The notes: a model not told the origin generated them from the letters alone. Positions 1 to 7,244 are shown, numbered from the stretch's first letter. The stretch is DNA of 20,000 nt from an uncultured virus (IMG/VR IMGVR_UViG_3300031999_000013) (IMGVR_UViG_3300031999_000013), one strand, 5' to 3'. Program-made: numbers and translations.

Positions 1-246
1 CCTCTTCATGAGAACCCGGTGCGCCGGTTCCGTGAGGACCTGCGATTGAATCGCGCGCAGTTCAGCCGCTTGATCGGGATCCAAGTCGACACGATCCGCT
101 CGTGGGAAATGACTGGCTCGCGCAACGTTCTTCCGCGGCGGGCGTCGATGACGCTGCTGCTGAAGCTGGCGCGGCGTAACAAGTACCCGCTCAACTACGG
201 CATGCTGTACGAGTATTCTTCCAAACAAGCACAGAGGGTTTATTGA
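1..246 (+). CDS. XRE/Cro-like helix-turn-helix DNA-binding protein (probably 5'-truncated by the window edge)
   Basis: Frame 1 is open from base 1 (PLHENPVRRFREDLRLNRAQFSRLIGIQVDTIRSWE), which is a typical HTH_3 pattern. Its stop codon overlaps the next ATG (TGATG). Confidence 0.75.
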   Translation, partial: PLHENPVRRFREDLRLNRAQFSRLIGIQVDTIRSWEMTGSRNVLPRRASMTLLLKLARRNKYPLNYGMLYEYSSKQAQRVY

Positions 247-473
247 TGGAGAACCAACACCGATTGATCACCGGATATCGAGAACTGTCGGCCGGCGAGA
301 TAGCTCAAATGAACCGAGCCAAGGACATCGAGCAGAACCTCGTCGGGTGGATCAATGAGTTGGCCGCCGAGAAGGTAGCGGATCCTCGCTGGCTCGCCAT
401 AGCCAAGACCGATCTGCAAAAAGGGTTCATGGCGCTTGGGCGCGCAATCGCTCGACCGAGCGGCTACGAATGA
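246..473 (+). CDS. acb2: Anti-CBASS protein Acb2 homologue (cyclic oligonucleotide sponge; T4 Vs.4-like family)
   Basis: MENQHRLITGYRELSAGEIAQMNRAK...PRWLAIAKTDLQKGFMALGRAIARP matches the Acb2 signature as I recall it (NQH..I.GYR.LS..EI..MNR.K / RWLAI.KT..Q.G.M...RAIA.P). RBS GAGGG lies upstream of the ATG at 246. Confidence 0.85.
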   Translation: MENQHRLITGYRELSAGEIAQMNRAKDIEQNLVGWINELAAEKVADPRWLAIAKTDLQKGFMALGRAIARPSGYE

Positions 474-745
474 AGCCATACACGAAGCGCCCGATCACGA
501 TCTACGCGCACCGGCTCGCGTACGAGGACTTCACGGACGATCACCCGAACCCGAACCTCATCAAGGGCGTCACGTACTACCCGAAGCAGATGGAAGCGGC
601 GATCCCCACCTTGGAAGGGACGATGTTCGCAAGGGTTGGTGACTGGATCGTGAAAGGAATCCACGGGGAACTTTACCCGGTGAAGCACGAAATCTTCATG
701 GACTCCTACGATCCCGCCGTCCCGGTCGACCCTGAATTCGATTAG
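470..745 (+). CDS. Conserved phage protein, PGDYG-like family
   Basis: Motif Y.KRP..I.A ... IPTLEGTM.A..GDWIVKG..GELYPVK..IF..SY is a widespread small phage family. ATGA overlap with acb2. Confidence 0.75.
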   Translation: MKPYTKRPITIYAHRLAYEDFTDDHPNPNLIKGVTYYPKQMEAAIPTLEGTMFARVGDWIVKGIHGELYPVKHEIFMDSYDPAVPVDPEFD

Positions 746-753
746 TAGCAGGC

Positions 754-782
754 AAAAAAAGAGGAGTCCGAAGACTCCTCTT
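754..782 (-). terminator. Rho-independent terminator, U-tract on the minus strand (possibly bidirectional)
   Basis: Perfect stem AAGAGGAGTC (759-768) / GACTCCTCTT (773-782). The minus-strand loop is C(UUCG)G and is followed by 7 U (A-run 754-760). Confidence 0.8.
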
Positions 783-784
783 GC

Positions 785-1040
785 GGAGGGTTGGGCGTTG
801 CGCTTACCCTCCTACGGTCGATTCGGGGTGGCACCCCCAAAAAGAACCTGCGACGCGCATCATACATCCGCCACCCCGAATGCAGAAGCCCCCTGAGAAC
901 AGGTGTGGTGAGGCTCAATCTGACCCCTCGACGAAAGCGATATTCCGGGCTCTGGTGTGACCCCTTCCATCCCGGTCATCAATGGGACATCCGTCGCGGG
1001 GACCCGAGTACCTCTCCATGAGGGAAAGGGGTCGAGGTAT
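785..1040. other. Structured intergenic element (candidate ncRNA, cis-regulatory RNA or origin)
   Basis: Several inverted repeats: 785-812, a perfect 12 bp pair 821-832/870-881, and 959-966/1026-1033. No convincing ORF. Confidence 0.45.
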
Positions 1041-1049
1041 GAGCGTCGC

Positions 1050-1058
1050 TGGTAAAAT
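1050..1058 (+). promoter_or_regulatory. Possible extended -10 promoter for the helicase operon
   Basis: TGgTAAAAT about 50 nt upstream of the helicase TTG start. No good -35. Confidence 0.3.
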
Positions 1059-1106
1059 CGTTTCATCCCTGTATGATGATATCGTTCACACAAAGGGGGA
1101 AAGCTC

Positions 1107-2660
1107 TTGGATCTGCGTACGTATCAGACCGACGTCATTCACGAGGCGCGGCTTGCGATCGGACGTTACGGTGCTCGCGCCGTCCTGATCCAAGCGCCGA
1201 CCGGATCTGGAAAGACGGTCGTGGCTGCGCAGATCATTGCGCAGGCCGAGACGAAAGAGAGCGACGTGCTGTTCCTCGCGCATCGTCGCGAGTTGGTTTA
1301 CCAGTGCGAGAACAAGCTCAAGGAGTTCGGGGTTCGCCCCGGACTGATCATGTCGGGGGAGTTTCCGGATTCGTGGAGCCGCGTTCAGGTCGCATCAATT
1401 GATACGCTGCGCGTGCGAGCGATGGAGCGCGGCGTCATAAAGATGCCGAAAGCCAAACTCGTGTTCATTGACGAGTGCCATCGCGCGTTGTCGGCAACCT
1501 ACCTGAAGTTGATTGCGCACTACAGAGAGCAGGGCGCGATCATCATCGGTCTCACCGCCACGCCCATCCGCACTGACGGCCGAGGTATGGGGCAGGTATT
1601 CGACAAGATGGTGAAGTGCCCATCGGTCGCCGAGCTGATCGCGATGGGTTATCTCGTGCAGCCAAAGTACTTTGCACCGAGCGCACCGGATCTGATCGGC
1701 GTCAAGACGACAGCGGGCGACTACAACCAAGCCGATCTTGAGAAGGCGATGGACAAGAACGAGCTGGTTGGCGACATCGTCACCAACTGGCTGCGTCTCG
1801 CGCAAGGCAGGCCGACCATAGTCTTCGCTTCTGGTGTTCAGCATTCGATTCATCTGCGCGATGAGTTCCTGCGTGTTGGTGTGCGCGCTGAACACGTGGA
1901 TGCGAATACGCTTCCGGAGATCCGGCAGGGCGTAACGCAGCGGTTGCACTCGGGGCAGACGCAGGTGGTCTGCAACTGCATGGTGTTCACGGAAGGATAC
2001 GATGAGCCCTCGCTCAGCTGCGCAGTCTTGGCTCGGCCGACCAAGAATCTTGGGCTCTACCTGCAAATGGCTGGACGGGTGCTGCGCCCGTTTGAAGGTA
2101 AGTCGGACACCCTGATCATTGATCACGGCGGCCTTGTCTATCGTCATGGGTTTGTCGAAGACCCAATCGACTGGACTCTGGATGAGGGCAAGCTGTTCGC
2201 TGATCGAGAGCACTCCATGCAGGAGCGCGGGGAGCAGACGCCGATCACCTGCGTGAAGTGTTCGCACGTGTACTCGGGTCAGGCGCGCTGCCCCAGATGC
2301 GGTCACACCCCCGAGCGCAAAGGGCGTTGGGTGGAGACGCGCAACGCTGATCTCGTGCAGCTGCGTGCGGGCGATCGAAAGCCGAAGAAGAAGGTTTGGA
2401 CAGACGAAGAGAAAGCGATGTGGTGGGGCATGCTCACGCATTACGCTGAAAGCCACGGGCACAAACCCGGCTGGATCTATCACAAGTACAAAGCGAAGAT
2501 CGGTGTTGGTCCCGGCCCCGCGGTTCGTTACGCGATCCCGAAGCTGCCAACACCGGAGTGCAGGGCGTGGATACGCAGCACGCAAATTCACTACGCCAAG
2601 TCGAAAGACAAGGCAGCGAAGGTTCCCACTGACAAATTCACAGGATTACCAATCTCATGA
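1107..2660 (+). CDS. Superfamily 2 DEAD/DEAH-box DNA helicase with C-terminal Zn finger (RadD/YejH/UvsW-like)
   Basis: Q-motif LRTYQ, Walker A APTGSGKT, DECH, motif III TAT, motif V TEGYD, motif VI QMAGRVLR, and CVKC...CPRC. RBS AAGGGGG precedes the TTG start. Confidence 0.92.
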   Translation: MDLRTYQTDVIHEARLAIGRYGARAVLIQAPTGSGKTVVAAQIIAQAETKESDVLFLAHRRELVYQCENKLKEFGVRPGLIMSGEFPDSWSRVQVASIDTLRVRAMERGVIKMPKAKLVFIDECHRALSATYLKLIAHYREQGAIIIGLTATPIRTDGRGMGQVFDKMVKCPSVAELIAMGYLVQPKYFAPSAPDLIGVKTTAGDYNQADLEKAMDKNELVGDIVTNWLRLAQGRPTIVFASGVQHSIHLRDEFLRVGVRAEHVDANTLPEIRQGVTQRLHSGQTQVVCNCMVFTEGYDEPSLSCAVLARPTKNLGLYLQMAGRVLRPFEGKSDTLIIDHGGLVYRHGFVEDPIDWTLDEGKLFADREHSMQERGEQTPITCVKCSHVYSGQARCPRCGHTPERKGRWVETRNADLVQLRAGDRKPKKKVWTDEEKAMWWGMLTHYAESHGHKPGWIYHKYKAKIGVGPGPAVRYAIPKLPTPECRAWIRSTQIHYAKSKDKAAKVPTDKFTGLPIS

Positions 2661-2947
2661 GCGACAAGCCAGTTCCACGTGAAATTGTGGTTCTCGACTT
2701 CGACCCGCCGGCGTTTCCGGAACCGACCGACCGCTACTGGGCGGAGGACGGTGAGTCCTTTGCGCTGCGCGGCATGACCCTGCGTCAATATTACGCAGCA
2801 AAGGCGATGGCCGCGATGATATCGACAGCGGCAGCGCCTTGCATGTTGGGTCTGGATGGAGTCGAGCCGCACATAGCCAAAAACGCCTTTAAGATGGCTG
2901 ACGCAATGATCAAATCGGAAGGAGAAAGTCTGAGGACGGTTCCATGA
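2657..2947 (+). CDS. Conserved phage hypothetical protein (GMTLR.Y.AAKAM...A..MADAM family)
   Basis: Recognisable GMTLRQYYAAKAM / AFKMADAMI motif. ATGA overlap with the helicase. Confidence 0.75.
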   Translation: MSDKPVPREIVVLDFDPPAFPEPTDRYWAEDGESFALRGMTLRQYYAAKAMAAMISTAAAPCMLGLDGVEPHIAKNAFKMADAMIKSEGESLRTVP

Positions 2948-2960
2948 TGCGCAAGCAGCG

Positions 2961-3197
2961 GTGCGATTCATGAGCGGGCAAACGTTGACCGACATGCTTG
3001 ACGAGATTCGCAATCAGCCTTCGCACTGGTGTCCGTATTGCCGGCATCCGTATACCGAAGATCAGATCAACGAGGCGTTTTGCTCGGCTGACTACAGCAC
3101 AAGCTTCGAGTTCCTGTGCTGGAATACAGCGTGTCGAATGGACATCGAGGTCAACGTTGACGTTATTCCGCAGTTCTCATTAAGGGGGCCGTTATGA
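2961..3197 (+). CDS. Small putative Zn-ribbon protein
   Basis: CPYC ... CWNTAC. Overlaps the primase start (ATGA). The true start could be ATG 2970. Confidence 0.65.
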   Translation: MRFMSGQTLTDMLDEIRNQPSHWCPYCRHPYTEDQINEAFCSADYSTSFEFLCWNTACRMDIEVNVDVIPQFSLRGPL

Positions 3198-4165
3198 GCG
3201 GGCAAACATCTGCCGAGTGGGCAAGGGGGCGATGGCCCGGCATCCTCATCGAGATGGGCGTGCCAGCGGTGTGCCTGACTGGCAAGCATGGCCCGTGTCC
3301 GATCTGCACTGGGTTGGATCGCTTCCGCTTTGACGACAAGGAGGGGCGCGGCACGTTCTTTTGCAACAACTGCGGCGCTGGTGATGGGTTCGATTTGCTG
3401 CAGAGTTTCCTTGGGCTCGACTTCAAGATGGTGGCAGCCGCTGTCGACAAGTTGCGCGGGCGCGACCTTCCGAAAGAGGTGTTCAAGGCTGAGGCCGACA
3501 CTGAGCGGCGGCGTGAGTGGCTCAACAAGTTGTGGGCCGAAGCGACTCATCCGGAGATCTGGAAGACGTACCTGTCTGGTTGGCGCGGGCTGGCAGACGA
3601 GACTGTCGCGAAGGTTGGCGCGGATGTTCGGGGGCACGCGAGCCTGTTGTGTGAAGGGGTGTTCGCTCCCTGCGTCCTTACAATGGTGCGCGATCTTGCC
3701 GGGCGACCGGTAACGCTACATCGAACGTTCCTGTTTCAAGGTGTGGATAACAAGCCTCGATGGACAAAGATGTTCGCTCCATCCATTGGCACCACGATCA
3801 TGGGTGCGAGCGCGCACCTCATCCCCGGAGAGCGCGCGATCGTTGTTGGTGAGGGCATCGAGACCACCCTCGCTGGCTGGGAATGGCTGCAGCGACGAAA
3901 CATTGGCGACATAGGTGCGCGCGCCGCGCTGACCGCCAACGGGTTGGCTGGCATGTTCGTCCCGCCGACAGTCGAGCGCATATGGATCTGTGCTGACAGG
4001 GATCTTTCGTTCGCCGGTCAGGCGGCAGCGTATGAGCTTGCCCGTCGCCTGACCGGCGTAGCTGAGCCGCCTATCGTTGCGGTGATGATTCCAAACGCGG
4101 ACGGCACAGACATGCTCGACGTGCTGATCGAGGAGAAAACAAAGGAGCGCAGCCAGCTTGGATGA
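3194..4165 (+). CDS. DNA primase, P4 alpha-type Zn-ribbon plus TOPRIM domain (no fused helicase)
   Basis: GKHGPCPIC.G.DRFRFDDKEGRGTFFCNNCGAGDG (primase-helicase Zn-binding domain). TOPRIM motifs VGEGIET and ICADRD...AGQAAA. Confidence 0.9.
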   Translation: MSGQTSAEWARGRWPGILIEMGVPAVCLTGKHGPCPICTGLDRFRFDDKEGRGTFFCNNCGAGDGFDLLQSFLGLDFKMVAAAVDKLRGRDLPKEVFKAEADTERRREWLNKLWAEATHPEIWKTYLSGWRGLADETVAKVGADVRGHASLLCEGVFAPCVLTMVRDLAGRPVTLHRTFLFQGVDNKPRWTKMFAPSIGTTIMGASAHLIPGERAIVVGEGIETTLAGWEWLQRRNIGDIGARAALTANGLAGMFVPPTVERIWICADRDLSFAGQAAAYELARRLTGVAEPPIVAVMIPNADGTDMLDVLIEEKTKERSQLG

Positions 4166-4343
4166 AGACAACGATCGGGACTACTTCAAAGCCAAGCAGG
4201 TGGGTGCGACACCCAAGGCCATTCAGGTTGCGCTCGACGCGAATGGCAAGCGCTTCTGGATCCCAAGGTCGGTATGCGAGTGGCACCGCGACGGCATCCT
4301 GATGGTAGAGCGATGGTTTTCGAAAAAGGAAGGCATGATCTGA
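4158..4343 (+). CDS. Hypothetical protein
   Basis: Strong RBS AAGGAG before TTG. Carries a T.KA......WIP.S-type small beta-protein pattern common in phages. Confidence 0.65.
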   Translation: MDEDNDRDYFKAKQVGATPKAIQVALDANGKRFWIPRSVCEWHRDGILMVERWFSKKEGMI

Positions 4344-4440
4344 ATTTGCGGGTCGCTCCCGCATCATCCGGCGATTTGCGGTAGGAGCCGTCCATGCGAG
4401 ATCGGGGCAACCGCACCAACACACACACGGAGGGGCTGCA

Positions 4441-4674
4441 ATGGAAAAGGGTCGTGAGGTCGAGATTTATCTCGAAGATATGGTGCTTCAATTTGAGGGT
4501 GTCACGAGCGTTTGCGAAAGCCGAGAAACTGGTCGCTTGTCTGTCTGGGGAAAAAACCCAGAACCGAAACCGACACGAGGTTTTTTCAAGAAGATGGATT
4601 ATCAATCAGAGATCGAGCGGGCCGCGTTCGCCAGCAAAAAATGGGTTGGGTGGGCGTGGGTGGAGGCGCTATGA
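4441..4674 (+). CDS. Hypothetical protein
   Basis: RBS GGAGGGG upstream and ATGA overlap with the next gene. Confidence 0.6.
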   Translation: MEKGREVEIYLEDMVLQFEGVTSVCESRETGRLSVWGKNPEPKPTRGFFKKMDYQSEIERAAFASKKWVGWAWVEAL

Positions 4675-5357
4675 CAAAACTTGCATGGGCGGGCGAGTTG
4701 CTGATGCTCGAAGCTCGATGGACGGACAAGGACGGGCACACAGTGAAGCTGCAGTTGGTCACCCCCAACGAGGAGCGGCCCAATCCATTCAAGGCATTCA
4801 CCAAGCGCCGTTCCGGCAGAGCGGGCACGCGCTTCAAGGCGGTGCTGAAGCCGGTCGACGAGATCGATGGCGGATACGATGGCGAGTTGATGCTCGCTGG
4901 CTGGGGTGACAGTTCTACGCAGGGGTACACCGTCTCATTCTGGTGTGAGCCTCAGACGGGTGGGCAACATCCATTCGCGCAGTACACGCGTCACGCGAGC
5001 GCGTTCATGTGCGCCCTCGTCGAGCTGGATGATGACGATCAGCCGATCGATCAGGAGAAGCGCGAGCGCGTCGAGGCGGCTGCCCCGCCAGAGCCACCGA
5101 AGAAGCCGCTGCGCGACAACGCACACAATCTGTCCAAGTCGGCCGCCATGCTTTGCGACAATCCCGAGTTCTGGAAGTGGTGCGATGGTCCGATTCCGGT
5201 GGTGGATCCAACGACCGCAGCCAACTGGATTCGCTCATCGCTTGGTATCGCGTCGCGCGCTGAGCTGGACACAAACCCGGAAGTCGCGCAGCGTTACCAC
5301 CGGTTGATCAGGATCCCCTTCGCTAATCGCAATTATCGCAAAGGAGCGTACGCATGA
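4671..5357 (+). CDS. Hypothetical phage protein with internal tandem domain duplication
   Basis: Start re-called at ATG 4671 (RBS GGAGG, ATGA overlap) instead of 4512. Two similar ~60 aa units are followed by a helical C-terminal domain (AAMLC.NPEFWKW...GIASRAELD). Confidence 0.75.
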   Translation: MTKLAWAGELLMLEARWTDKDGHTVKLQLVTPNEERPNPFKAFTKRRSGRAGTRFKAVLKPVDEIDGGYDGELMLAGWGDSSTQGYTVSFWCEPQTGGQHPFAQYTRHASAFMCALVELDDDDQPIDQEKRERVEAAAPPEPPKKPLRDNAHNLSKSAAMLCDNPEFWKWCDGPIPVVDPTTAANWIRSSLGIASRAELDTNPEVAQRYHRLIRIPFANRNYRKGAYA

Positions 5358-5899
5358 GTGTTTTTGAAGAGTCGTTGCGTCGCACGCTATTCTATGAGGG
5401 CGGCTACTCGGATGACCCGCACGATCCCGGTGGTGCGACAAAGTTCGGCGTGTCGATGCGGTTCTTGAAGGGGCTGGGCAAGCTGGCTGACTTCGATCAC
5501 GACGGTGATGTCGATCAGGATGACTTGCTGATGGTGACGAGCGATCCCGGCAAGCTGAGCAAGCTGTACTTCGACAACTTCTGGACACCCTCCGGTTGTT
5601 CGCGCATCTACTCGCAGCATCTGCAGATCAAACTGTTCGACACCGCGGTAAACGCAGGTCCGAAGCGCGCGCAGATTCTGTTGCAGCGCGCGCACAACAT
5701 CTGCGACCGCACGTCATCGATCCTGAAAGAGGATGGTTTTCTCGGCGCGATGTCGGTTGCTTCAATCAACGCGCTTCCAGATGTTGCGCTGTTGCTTTGC
5801 ATGCGTGGAACGCAGGCGCAGTTCTACAAGTCACTCATCGCGCAAGACGCCACTCTGTCGGGGTTCGATCTTGGCTGGCAACGGAGGGCTGCAACATGA
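5354..5899 (+). CDS. Endolysin, glycoside hydrolase family 108 with C-terminal peptidoglycan-binding region
   Basis: EGGYSDDPHDPGGATKFGVS catalytic signature, LFDTAVNAGP.RA..LLQ, DG.LG..S and C-terminal F..GW.RR. RBS AAGGAG. Confidence 0.92.
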   Translation: MSVFEESLRRTLFYEGGYSDDPHDPGGATKFGVSMRFLKGLGKLADFDHDGDVDQDDLLMVTSDPGKLSKLYFDNFWTPSGCSRIYSQHLQIKLFDTAVNAGPKRAQILLQRAHNICDRTSSILKEDGFLGAMSVASINALPDVALLLCMRGTQAQFYKSLIAQDATLSGFDLGWQRRAAT

Positions 5900-6087
5900 G
5901 AGACGAGAACAAGCGCTGCGCGCAATGCGAATGGTACGAGGGCGACTCGATCGCTGGGTTCTGTCATCGATTCCCTCCCGCGCCAGATCGTGCGCAACGT
6001 GCGACGGAGTACTCCGAACCGCCGTTGGTGCCCTCCGATCACTGGTGTGGTGAATGGGCAAAGGCTAAAGGTTCGAACCAATTATGA
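5896..6087 (+). CDS. Small 4-Cys protein (HiPIP-like metal or Fe-S binding pattern)
   Basis: MRDENKRCAQCEWY...GFCHRFPP...P.V...HWCGEW. RBS GGAGG and ATGA overlaps at both ends. Start re-called from 5596. Confidence 0.7.
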   Translation: MRDENKRCAQCEWYEGDSIAGFCHRFPPAPDRAQRATEYSEPPLVPSDHWCGEWAKAKGSNQL

Positions 6088-6872
6088 AGAGGCTGGCGCT
6101 TTTTGCTCTCGTGTTGATGGCGGCGTCGGTATCGGCGGCGACGCCGGCTGATCAGGCGGCCTTGTCGTGGACCAAGGCCCCAACGAATTGCGCCGGAGGC
6201 GTGCAAGGCCCGCTGCTCGGGTTCCGCGTGTACTACGGGAAAGTTGGGCGCGTGTCTGCTGGGCTGCCCGCGTTTACGTGCCCGCCACCGGGAACCCCGT
6301 GTCCGTGTAGCGATGCGACGCAGGTGCAGGCGAACGACCCCAAGGTTCCGGTCGCATACCCCAACGTCATCACCATCCCCGATCCAAACGTGTTGGTCAA
6401 AACGATAACGTTCACCGACACCGCGAAGTATTACTTCGCCGTTGCGGCGTTCGACGCCAGCGGTTCGAGCCCGCTCACCAACGAGGTGACTAAGGCGATT
6501 GTTGCCGGTCCTCCAACGCCGCCAACGTTACTTGCGCCCGCGTGCGCCGGATGCACGAATCTACCGGTCACACTCTTGGTAGGGGTGACGGGGATCCCGA
6601 CCACGATCAACTGGACAGCGGTTGCCGGCGCTACGTCGTACAACATCGAGCTTCGCAGATACCCAGTTCGCGCTGGAGATGTGCCCACCGCTAAGGGCAC
6701 AATGGCTGGGACCGCGACGAGCTGGGCGTTCAACCCCGGACGATCGGATCTGTTCTACTCGCGCATGCAGAGTTGCAGCGCCGCTGGTTGCTCAGCGTGG
6801 GTAGACAGCTTCGCTCAGGGGTTCCTGTATTACTTCGGGTTGGCCCCGGCGAGCGGTGGTGGAATTAACTAG
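6084..6872 (+). CDS. Exported protein with two fibronectin type III-like domains
   Basis: Sec signal peptide MKRLALFALVLMAASVSA. Fn3 patterns LSW...GFRVYYG...YYFAVAAFDASG.S..TNEV and INWTAVAGATSYNIEL...CSAAGCSAW. Eight Cys. Confidence 0.8.
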   Translation: MKRLALFALVLMAASVSAATPADQAALSWTKAPTNCAGGVQGPLLGFRVYYGKVGRVSAGLPAFTCPPPGTPCPCSDATQVQANDPKVPVAYPNVITIPDPNVLVKTITFTDTAKYYFAVAAFDASGSSPLTNEVTKAIVAGPPTPPTLLAPACAGCTNLPVTLLVGVTGIPTTINWTAVAGATSYNIELRRYPVRAGDVPTAKGTMAGTATSWAFNPGRSDLFYSRMQSCSAAGCSAWVDSFAQGFLYYFGLAPASGGGIN

Positions 6873-6881
6873 GAGACGACG

Positions 6882-7223
6882 ATGGCTTATGTAAGACCGA
6901 GACGAGTGTTCTGGCAGCTGCCTCCGGCAGCAACGCATGGGCGGTTCCATATGGCACCGGTTGGGCAGCCGCTGTTTCTGGAGACCCTGCTCGCCGCGCC
7001 GCAAACGGTTCCTCCGTTCAAGCGCATTGCGGCGGCCGACCCGCAAGAAGTCGTGTTCAAAGTGGGTGACGTGCCCGATGGTGCGTACCAGTTCGCGGTC
7101 GTTGCCGAAGCGGAAGACACCGGCAAGTTCGCTGACCCGTACCAGCACCTGAATTGGGTGAACGTCCCTTTGGACCTGAGCCCGCTCCCCCCGGCCTTTG
7201 GGGGCGGATCCTCGCTGCTCTAA
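6882..7223 (+). CDS. Hypothetical beta-sandwich (Fn3/Ig-like) protein
   Basis: RBS AGGAG. VFW...VPDGAYQFAVVAE resembles Fn3 strands. Pro-rich. Confidence 0.6.
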   Translation: MAYVRPRRVFWQLPPAATHGRFHMAPVGQPLFLETLLAAPQTVPPFKRIAAADPQEVVFKVGDVPDGAYQFAVVAEAEDTGKFADPYQHLNWVNVPLDLSPLPPAFGGGSSLL

Positions 7224-7244
7224 AACGGCTGCTGGAGATGTGGC

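Noticed and set aside
940..990. Hammerhead-like TGATGA followed by a CCGGG/CCCGG stem on the minus strand
   Set aside because: The core reads UUGAUGA rather than CUGANGA, and no GAAA follows stem II.
791..1093. ORFs 791-1021 (+) and 860-1093 (-) in the structured spacer
   Set aside because: Weak starts, no SD and atypical composition. The minus ORF could explain the terminator but is unsupported.
1395..2591. 398 aa minus-strand ORF
   Set aside because: Antisense shadow of the helicase with no motifs. Such ORFs are expected in GC-rich coding DNA.
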